In this document: positions 7,306-16,350 of the stretch, piece after piece | How the letters are laid out: every line of letters starts with the position of its first letter | Numbering within the stretch: position 1 is the stretch's first letter | Assembly (NCBI GenBank): GCA_002794465.1 | Contig: MTSL01000181.1 | Location: forward strand, 1,113-17,910 | DNA from: Paramicrosporidium saccamoebae KSL3 | Taxonomy: Eukaryota; Fungi; Cryptomycota | Reading direction: 5' to 3' | Length of the DNA: 16,798 nucleotides | Notes under the pieces: generated by a model | Told to the model about the DNA's origin: nothing | Seen by the model: the letters and a program-made list of their open reading frames with translations, nothing else | Databases searched by the model: none | Position numbers and translations under genes: made by a program

Positions 7306-8984
7306 TTATTCTGCAGATTTCTTCTTTTTTTGCCCTGCTCGTGAAAGCGGCCCCCAATTCTTAGTCGGATTCTCAGGGAAACGCTTCAATCCTTGCTCTC
7401 TACTGGGTGGGTTGGACATTGGGTGTTTTTCCAGGCTACACAATTATGCATGATGATAAAATAATGTACTTGATAGTGCTTGAGTAAGACTCGGAGTGTT
7501 CTAGAGCATGGTGTTGAGCAGTGTTGTTGGGATAATCCTGCGGCTTTCTGTCGGACTAAAAATTATTTTAAAAACAGCCGACGCTGTACCATAACTTGCA
7601 TAATCTTCCAAAGTAGGGAAACTGGTGCAGTGGTCTTGATGGCGAGCGGTTCGCAATGACTGCCTGAAACGGCATAGCCCGCATTCAAGATTGCCGAACT
7701 ATTGGAATGAGACTAATGCATCGCGAACGTACCGGAATTTAACCAGAGGAGGCACTGAAATTTTTAAAAAGGAAGCCATTTCGGGAAGGGTGTAGAAAAA
7801 CGGATCTTGCAATTCCTAGAAAATCAGTGTGTAGAAATTCAAAAAGTACTTCCGAAATCACTGCACCAAAACCCTGAATTCGGTCACGAGTACCCAGAAA
7901 TGGCAGATTTTCCGATGAAGCTGTGGCTATAACCTTTTTCACAAATTCCGCGTCATGGAGTGCTCCAAGCCACATTGGCCCACAGGTCTCGACGCGTGAG
8001 TTGCAGACTTGGCATGTATTTGGACATCCAGGGACATTCTGAGTAAAGCCGTAGCTTTTGGCTCCGGTAGATGCCAGCAAAAATGGACTAGAGGAAATTG
8101 TGCGACATTGCACACATTTGGTCACTATTCCGCGTTTTCTACAGACATCAACGAATAGGATCTAGAGTTACGTGGATGACATTTTGACATTCTGCGGCGA
8201 ATCGACGATTCGAACAAAAACCCTGGCGTAAAAATCGATACTGCAAGACATAAGTGGGACAATGTGCCGCCGGTATCGGTTAGCGGATATTTCAATCGAC
8301 TGTAAAATGAGCCTTAAAGCCTACAAATTACAACTCATGAGTAAATCCTACAGCTTCGTGACAAACATCTCCTCGGACAGGGAGCCCTCCATATTTAGCA
8401 AAACACGTTTCAGGGTGCGTCGCACATAACACAGCAAGATCAGTGCAAGTTACACAAAGTAAGCCACCATCCGCAATACTTTGTACTGCAGAGTCTATGA
8501 ATGGAGCTGCAGAGCCATATGGGTCCAGATCAATAACGTCCAGCTGTTGCCCCTCGTATTTAAGGCGGTGCATAGACGCATTTGCGTCACCCTGAATCGG
8601 CTGTATTATGTTGATTATATGTGACGCATCTTCAGAGTTGAGCTTAACGTTGCGCTTGATTGTCTCGACAGCTGAAGGATCCAAGTCATTTGCATATATC
8701 CTTACTATTTTTGGGAGCTCTTTCGCATAGCGAATGGACCGCAGGCCAGTTGCTGATAAAGCCTCCAAGATCGTAAGTCCATCAAGATTTCTTTTTTTTC
8801 TTTCCGACAAGTAAATATCAGAGAATGTTCTGATGACCGAGATGCTCAAGTCTCGGTTGAACTGCTGCACCGGATTGTAAAACACTTCGCCTTTTGGGAA
8901 ACGAATATGAACAGAGCCCTCTTTGACGACAGTGTAGTCATCACAACTAGGGCTCAGAGAGTTGCTGTGCGTATTATCAGTCAT
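7306..8984 (-). CDS. TRM1: tRNA (guanine26-N2)-dimethyltransferase
   Basis: Exons 8984-8352, 8320-8172, 8138-7850, 7815-7733, 7698-7590, 7555-7470 and 7435-7306; introns of 31, 33, 34, 34, 34 and 34 nt; 492 aa. VFYNPVQQFNRDLS, LEALSATGLRSIRYAKE, IDLDPYGS, GGLLCVTCTD, CGPMWLGALHD, RSAILNAGY..SGSH, RFPENPTKNWGP, terminal KKKK. Confidence 0.96.
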
Positions 8985-9117
8985 AGAATAGGGAGCACGC
9001 TGCACACCAAGACGGCGAGTTATCCGTAGAATTGAAAATTCACCCCTTGTCGGTCACCTTGGGTGATTGTGCAGGTTATTATGACAATATTTTATTATCC
9101 ACTTATTTATGCAAATA

Positions 9118-10122
9118 TTAAGAATTTTTGAACTGTGCAGGTTTCTTAGATAAAAATGCTTTCATTCCCTCTTTTTGATCGTCCTATTAATTTAATAACA
9201 CCGATCATAAATAAGGTACAGTGGAAAAGGTCGAGTGGAACAGCCTGCGCTCAAACTCGAGGCCTGCATCTAGATGGACCTCAAAAGCTACAAATTAAAA
9301 ACACCCACAGCTTACACTTATTCACAGCTTCTTTGCACATCATCACAATGGGTGACGAGAACTTTGCTATTTCCGAAGCAGTTTTTAGAGACTCATTTAC
9401 TAGAGTATCACTCGGGAAAATCTTGCTAACCAGCCCTAATCATAATATAAATCAGCTGAGCTGCAGTACCGATCCGCTCAGCCTCTTCAGCAGAGATATG
9501 ACGTCCTGTAAGCATCATTTCCATGGCCTTGGATTTTCCGATAGCCTTTGGCAACCTCTGTGTTGCCCCTCCGCCCGGAATTGTTCCAAGTTTGATTTCA
9601 GGTTGTGAAAATTTGGCATTTTCTCCTGCATAGATAATATCACACATCATGGCCAGTTCACAGCCGCCTCCAAGCTAATGCGTAAATTTTCGTGTTTGAA
9701 TGTACAGCAAATCCGTTTACTGCAGCAATGATAGGTTTTCGGAAAGCACGAAACATTTTTGACCAGTGGCCCAGAAAGTCGTTCGAGTAGCATTGTGCGA
9801 AAGACAGATTGGCCATTTCGGCAATATCAGCGCCAGCTGAGAGTCAGTTTCATCAATCAAAAGATGTACCCGCAAAACTCTTTTCGCTTCCTGTCAAAAC
9901 CGCAGCACCAAAGTCTCCAGATCCATCAATAAATTCCAAGGCCTTCTGAAGCTCCAATGTCAACCCCGAATTCAGTGCGTTTAGTGCCTCTGGCCGATTC
10001 AGTTCGATTAAAGCGACATTTTCTCTGGCCGAGACCTTTAGAAATTTGTAAGCACCAACTTGCAATCATGATGATTCTGCTAAGCCAGAGATACCTGAAA
10101 GAAGCCGCCGGCTAGAGTGCAT
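9118..10122 (-). CDS. ECHS1: Mitochondrial short-chain enoyl-CoA hydratase (crotonase family, ECHS1-like)
   Basis: Exons 10122-10095, 10058-9870, 9836-9706, 9674-9470, 9435-9316, 9287-9220 and 9183-9118; introns of 36, 33, 31, 34, 28 and 36 nt; 268 aa. [66 protein letters not shown]; both catalytic Glu are present. Confidence 0.93.
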
Positions 10123-10188
10123 GGCTCGACGCGTGCACAATCTACCGAAAGACAACATTATAATATTTTCCACAAATTTTAAATTCCT
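10123..10188. promoter_or_regulatory. Putative bidirectional promoter ECHS1/PSF1 (66 nt) with MCB-like ACGCGT
   Basis: Lies between divergent ATGs at 10122(-) and 10189(+); ACGCGT at 10129-10134. Confidence 0.5.
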
Positions 10189-10767
10189 ATGGGCCAATTC
10201 AACGAGCCCGTGCAGTTAATCCGAGAGGCTATTCGCCAGTCCAGTAAACTTGAGCCATACAATGAAGAGAGCGTCCGTGCAACACTAAGAGAAATTTGTA
10301 TACTGTTTGAAGAGGCAGCGAAATGGAGCAAGGTTGGAGAAAAGGAAAGTCTCTTTGATGATTTTGACCAAGCACGTCTTGTGGGAGTCAAAGCGCTGAT
10401 CGAGAGGAATAAGCGCATCCTGCTTGCGTACCACTCTGCCCGTCTAGATTGCATATCTTCAGCAGCTTCGGTGGTTCCCAATCTCCCTCCAAAGACAATG
10501 GAAGCAATGACTCAGATCGAAACACAATTTGCATCCGACTATTATCAAATTCTTAGGGGGCATGCTGCACTCTTCGATGGGATTGATATTTGCTCTTACC
10601 AAAGCCCTCCACATGATTTGTATGTTCAAATCAGGGTCAGACAAGACTGTGGAGTGATCCAGACGGAATATGGACAATTGCATCTGAACCCAGGATCGTT
10701 TCACTTTGTAAGGCGCTCAGATGTCCAAGGACTGCTCGATCAAGGGCTTGTGATACACATTAGGTAA
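10189..10767 (+). CDS. PSF1: DNA replication GINS complex subunit Psf1 (GINS1)
   Basis: Single exon, 192 aa: LEPYNEESVR, IERNKRILLAYHSARL, PPHDLYVQIRVRQDCGVIQTEYG, HFVRRSDVQGLLDQG. Confidence 0.95.
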   Translation: MGQFNEPVQLIREAIRQSSKLEPYNEESVRATLREICILFEEAAKWSKVGEKESLFDDFDQARLVGVKALIERNKRILLAYHSARLDCISSAASVVPNLPPKTMEAMTQIETQFASDYYQILRGHAALFDGIDICSYQSPPHDLYVQIRVRQDCGVIQTEYGQLHLNPGSFHFVRRSDVQGLLDQGLVIHIR

Positions 10768-10816
10768 TTAAATTTGCGAAATAAAATAGTTATAATTGTT
10801 ATCCGTTGCGCGCGCA

Positions 10817-11700
10817 ATGATGGGATACGGATCACGGGGTGGTGGTACAACACGCAATTGGGTTCAGTACCAAACTCTTAGGTGGGTTCATGGACGCCGA
10901 TAATGGGTCCCAGGGAACTCTGACGAAAAACAAAAGTGGAGTCCAAACCATTCGACCAGTCACAATTAAGCAACTTAATGAAGCTGAAGTTCCCGAGGGC
11001 AGTGATGCTTTTTTCGTGGATAACGGTGGCAAGAGTACAGAACTTGGCCAGGTTTAGTTGCGCTCTGTAATGATTTACCTTGAAGGTTGTTATTGTGGGA
11101 TGTGTTCGCAGTATGAAAGAGAGCCCGGCCAGTGTGGATTACATTATTGAAGATGGCACTGGCAGCATTTCGGGAAAATGCTGGCAAGACAAAATTGGCG
11201 CGCCCGTATTGTAGGCCGCTGAAAGAGTTTATGATTTTAATTTGTAGGAATGGCCAGTGGGCTCGTGTATACGGGAGTTTGCGTTCGATGAAGGATTCCA
11301 GGACGCTGAATATTTTTTCAATCAAAGAGATTGTCGATCACAATGAAATCACGTTGCATTTTTTGCAGGCTATACAATTGAACCTCCCCACTGTATTTTG
11401 CGCATTCGTCATTTTATTATTTAGCGCGACACTCACGCACTTGTTGGTTTTGATTCCCTGTCGGCATTACAGAAGGCTATCTTGAGCGTTTATTCAACTT
11501 GCACCGTTCCCCAAGGCCTGCATTACGCCTCGGTAGTGCGAGCGCTATCGGACCGATACTCTTCCGACGATATCAAGTATGCGTTTCCATGAATCCAATT
11601 AACTTTCGATAGGGATACCATTACATGGCTCATGTCTGAAGGATATATATTTGAAACTCATGATTCTGATCATGCTAGAATTGTCACCACCACAGTTTAG
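10817..11700 (+). CDS. RPA2: Replication protein A 32-kDa subunit (RPA2/Rfa2)
   Basis: Exons 10817-10844, 10882-11051, 11086-11210, 11248-11392, 11425-11576 and 11613-11700; introns of 37, 34, 37, 32 and 36 nt; 235 aa. GGGGFM, TIRPVTIKQL, VVIVGCVR, IEDGTG, WARVYGSL, DHNEITLHFL, winged-helix WLMSEGYIF. Confidence 0.93.
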
Positions 11701-11735
11701 CTCGCCCATTTAAGATTAATACACATTGGGTGCTC

Positions 11736-12821
11736 ATGTTTATTAACCGTCGGTTTATAGGCGGCGCCATCTTTAGTTCGATCTGGATTCTCTGTTGGTT
11801 TGTGCTGCGATATACAACTACAACTGATAGAGAAGACTTTGACTTTGAGATTTCCACAGAGAGAGCAGAAACGCAGCATATTTTTGCTGGTAACTCCTCC
11901 AATGCGTATGGGGTGCTTTGTACAAACATGCGAACCGTATATCCCGCGCTAGTTCTCTTCGGGCAATTAAAGGAAGTGAGTCTCCATGTTCATAATCATG
12001 TCGTCCTCATGCCCGAGAATCTGATTGCTCGCGTTGGATGTTTGTTCAAAGGCCTCCAAGTCAAGCCTTGGGCCATCCCACGGGAAAGGCCAGCATTGCC
12101 AGACTACCCGGTTCAAAGCCCGAGCACCCGCAAAAGAGACCGAATACTGTGGAACAAGCTCTTTGCTTGGAAATTGGAGGAGTATCACAAGCTGGTGCTC
12201 CTTGACGCGGATATGTTGGTTTTGAAGAATATTGATGATATTTTTACTATTGAATCGGATCTTGCCGGCGTGCCTGCATTAAGCCTCGACGAAAAGATTT
12301 TGTTTTGGGATCCGCCCGATCCTTTTGAATCCGAGCCATTGGATGCAAACAGTTGGCGGAATTTTACAAAGCCAACGAGATTTGAGCCCGGGCATTCTGG
12401 ATTAAATGGTGGGGTAATGCTTTTGCGACCAAGCATAAAGACGTACGATGAACTGATCCGAGCGTCACAGCTACTCAAGGAAAGGACATGTTGTCCGACA
12501 CAGGAATTTATTTACAGGTTTTTCGAGCTTCGAGGACAATACCACCGACTTCCTCCCGTATATAATATGCGCAAGGAACACAAGCTTTCTATAGAAGAAA
12601 GGGCGGCGTGGCAGGATATCAAGATTTATCATTTTGTAGAGAGGAAAAAGCCGTGGCTCATGGGCAGGATAGAGTCAAAACCTTTCAAGTTTGCAAATAG
12701 CTGGTGGGAAAAGGCAGACAAAACTGATCTTTACTTGAGCAACTTGTTTAGTAACGACACCGAGACCTTGGCAATACTTCGAGAAGTGCGTCATGCTGCT
12801 ATCAACCCACAACATGAATAA
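11736..12821 (+). CDS. Family 8 glycosyltransferase (glycogenin-like fold) with N-terminal membrane anchor
   Basis: ATG at 11736 (the track start at 11730 is GTG); 361 aa. Hydrophobic N-terminus, WNKLFAWKLEEYHKLVLLDADMLV (DXD), NIDDIF, LNGGVMLLRPS, YN, and HF...KPW. Confidence 0.88.
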   Translation: MFINRRFIGGAIFSSIWILCWFVLRYTTTTDREDFDFEISTERAETQHIFAGNSSNAYGVLCTNMRTVYPALVLFGQLKEVSLHVHNHVVLMPENLIARVGCLFKGLQVKPWAIPRERPALPDYPVQSPSTRKRDRILWNKLFAWKLEEYHKLVLLDADMLVLKNIDDIFTIESDLAGVPALSLDEKILFWDPPDPFESEPLDANSWRNFTKPTRFEPGHSGLNGGVMLLRPSIKTYDELIRASQLLKERTCCPTQEFIYRFFELRGQYHRLPPVYNMRKEHKLSIEERAAWQDIKIYHFVERKKPWLMGRIESKPFKFANSWWEKADKTDLYLSNLFSNDTETLAILREVRHAAINPQHE

Positions 12822-12859
12822 AAGCAGTGCCGTAACAATAATGTGTTTTAGTCTATATG

Positions 12860-13680
12860 CTAGTCTGAAAATATCATTTTCAACTCTCCTGAAGCAAATC
12901 TAGGTAAGAGGGTTTTGAAAATCAGGCCCAGCAATGGTTTCACAATTTCTGGGATATCGAATATTGATCTCAACTTGACATCTCTCTCGACATCAATGAT
13001 CAGCAGACAAATATCGGACAATAAATTTGCATCTGCGTTAATAATATCCGCGACTCTTGACGGAGTTCCGATAGCGACTGGAACCTCACGACTCTTTAAA
13101 AAAGAAAGCTGATCCTTAAGCTTAATATGCTTGGCAAAGAGTTTTCCGACGGTGCATTTCGACCTCACCTTGTCCATCCTCCTAAAATAATCAGATTTTC
13201 ATTTCATGATGCTCACTTTAGGATTTCTACGGCTCGTATAGCAGAGCTAGACAATATAAGGATCTGACATTTAGGTTTTTTGAAAATTTTAGAGACATTT
13301 GGAACTAAATAATTAGTAGGAGCTAACATGATGTGGTACAGGCTTCAATAGAAGCGACTATAGAAGTTTGATCCTTCCGATGGGCTATGAACGCCTGCTT
13401 GATTTTGGAATATTCTGCCATTTCTAAGCTCGATATTCCGGGAGTAGCTTTTTCGAGCAAGTTTATCAGGAACTCTGCTGACGCGTCACGGTCTAGTTGA
13501 GCAAGGTTCACACGCACCTGATGGGATCCATCTTTCTTCTTTTTAGCCTAGTTACTAAGTATATTGACAAAGAACGCATACTTTTGATGGCTTTCCCACT
13601 AGCGGTTCGTTTGTGGAGGAATTAGGTGCATCGACGTCCCCAGCCACAAAGTAGTCGACAGGGACATGCTCATCCGCCAT
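12860..13680 (-). CDS. CMS1: Cms1 / CMSS1, 90S pre-ribosome-associated helicase-fold protein
   Basis: Exons 13680-13582, 13547-13340, 13304-13217 and 13181-12860; introns of 34, 35 and 35 nt; 238 aa. ILILSSSAIRAVE, KLFAKHIKLKDQ, IGTPSRV, LLIID..DVK.R..DIPE. Confidence 0.87.
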
Positions 13681-13717
13681 TGTCCAACGGATCGGCCAGG
13701 GTGCTGGGAAAAAGTCC
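13681..13717. promoter_or_regulatory. Putative bidirectional promoter CMS1/UTP21 (37 nt)
   Basis: Lies between divergent ATGs at 13680(-) and 13718(+); contains GGCCAGGGT. Confidence 0.55.
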
Positions 13718-16317
13718 ATGACCACAGATGAAGCTGGAGCCAAGCGCTTCCATGGAGGGTCAGAGACAACCAAATTATATTCATACTTTCGAGCTGTGGG
13801 GCGGGTGGCAGATGGTATTCCAGCTTCCGTGAACTACATGGGGGGTGTGCCGTATGTGACTACCAGTGTCGGCCGATCGTTTCAAATTCTTGATGTATCT
13901 CCCCTCGGGAGTATTCTAATATTTGATAGGCAGAGTCGCTGAACGTTACATTTTCCAGCTCGGAGCTCGATTCTAAAATCTTGCGCTTATGTGGTAAAGA
14001 TGAGTACACCTATGTGCTCACCGAGAACAACATTCATCTATTTAATCGTGCCCGTCTACAACACTCTGTGTCTTTGGAGAGTTGTAACGTCGTTGCTTCT
14101 TTCGTGCTTGGTGGCTGCTTGGCTGTCCTATACACTGAACGCTTATCATTTTATGAACTGCCATCGTTGGCGATCCAGAACAGTGTCGATTTTGACGGAA
14201 CCTCTGAAGCAACTTGTTTTGTTCATCCAGCTACCTATCTGAACAAAGTGCTTGTTGGCTTTGCAGATGGACATTTGGAGCTTTGGAATACAAATTCTTC
14301 CAAGTTAGTGTTTTCATTTCCGGCTTTCGAGTCACAAGTGACTTTGCTCTGCACAGCTCCTGCGCTGGACGTTGTTGCGGTTGGCCTCAAGAATGGTACT
14401 GTGTGGTTGATGGACATTCGAAAGAATAAGCGTCTTTTTTCCCTTTGTCATTCTGCCGCCATTTCGGGAATCGCTTTCCGTACTGACATTAATGACGAGT
14501 CTCAAATAGCTGTCGGTCTCGAGAATGGCACTGTTGTTCTGTGGGATTTGGAAAGTCGCAAAATCCATTCTACCTGGACTGCCCACGAAAGCGTCTCTGT
14601 TGCTACCGTTCAGTTTATCCAAAGCCAGCCTATCCTCATTACAACGGGAAACGACAATGCCATTCGTGAGTGGATCATTGAAGGCGCTGATCTGCGAATG
14701 CTGCGTAGTCGTTCAGGTCATTCCAAGCCGTCCAAACTTGTTAGATTTTACTCTGATGGTGAAGCTATACTATCGGCTGGTGGAGACAAGTCTTTCCGCT
14801 CAATTTCAATGATCAAAGACTCTCAAAGCGTTGAAATGTCCCAGGGTTCCATTGAAAGCATTAGCCGCCGCGCACAGGTGAGCGCCGAGGATCTCAAGTT
14901 GGATCCGATTATCGGGTTTGATTTTTTCTCCACAAGTGATTTGAAATGGGACAATGTGGTGACGGCGCATGAAAAATCGCCCATAGCAAGAACCTGGAGA
15001 GCAGATCATAGAAAACTCGGATCTCATGAACTTCGATCAGCTGACAATTCTTCTATAACTTCTGTGACTATGAGCTCTTGCGGAAACTTTGCAATAATCG
15101 GAACTCTAACGGGTTGCGTGGATGTTTTCAACGTTCAATCGGGGCAACACAGAAAGCACTTTACAGGTCCAAGTTTCCCAGTAATTGGTCTTGGGGTCGA
15201 TGCGGCTAATCAATACATTGTCCAAGTCTACTCCGATGGAACCATAAACTGCACTGAACTTTGCAATGGCCGAACCAAGTTTTCATTTAAACTAGAACAC
15301 ACAGTTTCAAAGGTTTCGTTTTGCTCTGAAGCCGAGCTCTTGATGGTGGCCCTGTCAAACCACGAAATCCAGATTTTTGATGTTCTAGGCCGCACGATCG
15401 TCAGACGATTTGTTGGACATTCATTACAGATTACTGACGTTGTGTTTTCGCAGGATGGACGCTGGGTAATTTCCGCGAGTGAGGACTTGTCCATTAGAAC
15501 ATGGGACATGGCCACCGGTCTGCAGCTTGACGTGCATGAGCTTCCCTCAGTGCCAGTTTCGATTTCTTTGTCACCCAAGTTGGATTTCCTGGCCGTCGCT
15601 TTGGAGGGCGACGTGGCCGTTCATATATGGACAAACGTGAGCATGTACAAACCAGTTGTTTTCCAACAATTTCAAAACCATTCTCTCTCTGCAATTGAGT
15701 CAGTTGTCGACGAAGCTCTATTGGGGCTTGTCAATTTGTCTTTGGAGCCACGCAGTAAATCTGTCAATCTCTTCCATTTGGACTCGATCAAGGCGCGTAA
15801 TAAACCTGTCCTGCCCCCAAAAGCTACTGAGCGAGTTCCATTTTTCCTGGACGCTCTTTTGGGATCTTCTGGAAATCAAAAGCGAGATGCTAGCGGCGCC
15901 AAGAAAAACGAAACTGACGACAGCCCCAGTGGAAATCATTTAGAGCTCTGTCTAGCAGGACTGTTGCGGTCTGAAAAGGGGCAGGATCAGGCGTTTGATT
16001 ATTTAAAGTCTCTGGGCCCATCAACGATTGATTTAGAGATACAGAGTTTGGTTGCCAATTCCTCCGTAGAACTTGACAGCATCTTGAAATTGATAAGAGT
16101 AATAACCCAAAAAATCGAGCAACGCGCGGATTATGAATTGGCAGTAACATTCTTAAATACCGTCTTGAAAGCTCACGCACATCTCATTTCAAGTTACCCA
16201 TCTGAATTTCATAGTGCTCTTCAAAACGCCAGGGATACACTAAGGTCAACTTGGTCAAATCTCGAAACACTATTTCATGAGTCTCTTTGCTTGACCCAGT
16301 TTGCTCGCGGCAATTAA
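13718..16317 (+). CDS. UTP21: SSU processome UtpB subunit Utp21 (WDR36)
   Basis: Exons 13718-13894 and 13930-16317; 35-nt intron 13895-13929; 854 aa. YFRAVG..TTSVGRSFQILD, HPATYLNKVLVG, LRSRSGHS, KWDNVVTAH, VRRFVGH..FSQDGRW, PPKATERVPFFL, LKSLGPSTIDLEI. Confidence 0.95.
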
Positions 16318-16350
16318 TTTGCACGGTTTTACGATATCATAAATTATAGA

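Noticed and set aside
7436-7849. Equal-length TRM1 introns as introner elements
   Set aside because: No shared internal sequence or terminal repeats beyond GTAC...TAG.
705-8984. QTRT1, DPH4 and TRM1 as a translation-modification gene cluster
   Set aside because: They are separated by unrelated genes; at this gene density co-occurrence is plausible by chance.
9040-9066. Nested short palindromes (TCACCC/GGGTGA; TCACC-TTG-GGTGA) upstream of TRM1
   Set aside because: Arms of only 5-6 bp are expected by chance; not distinguishable without TSS data.
9156-9608. Plus-strand 150-aa ORF
   Set aside because: Antisense to multi-exon ECHS1, with no homology signal.
11132-11485. 117-aa ORF with a hydrophobic tail
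   Set aside because: Chimera of an off-frame RPA2 exon 3, intron 3, exon 4 and intron 4.
13479-13488. Perfect palindrome TGACGCGTCA (MCB-like)
   Set aside because: Lies within CMS1 exon 2 (codons for RDAS) about 200 nt from either ATG; single occurrence.
13991-16180. Numerous nested ORFs on both strands within UTP21
   Set aside because: Alternative-frame or antisense shadows of a long CDS.
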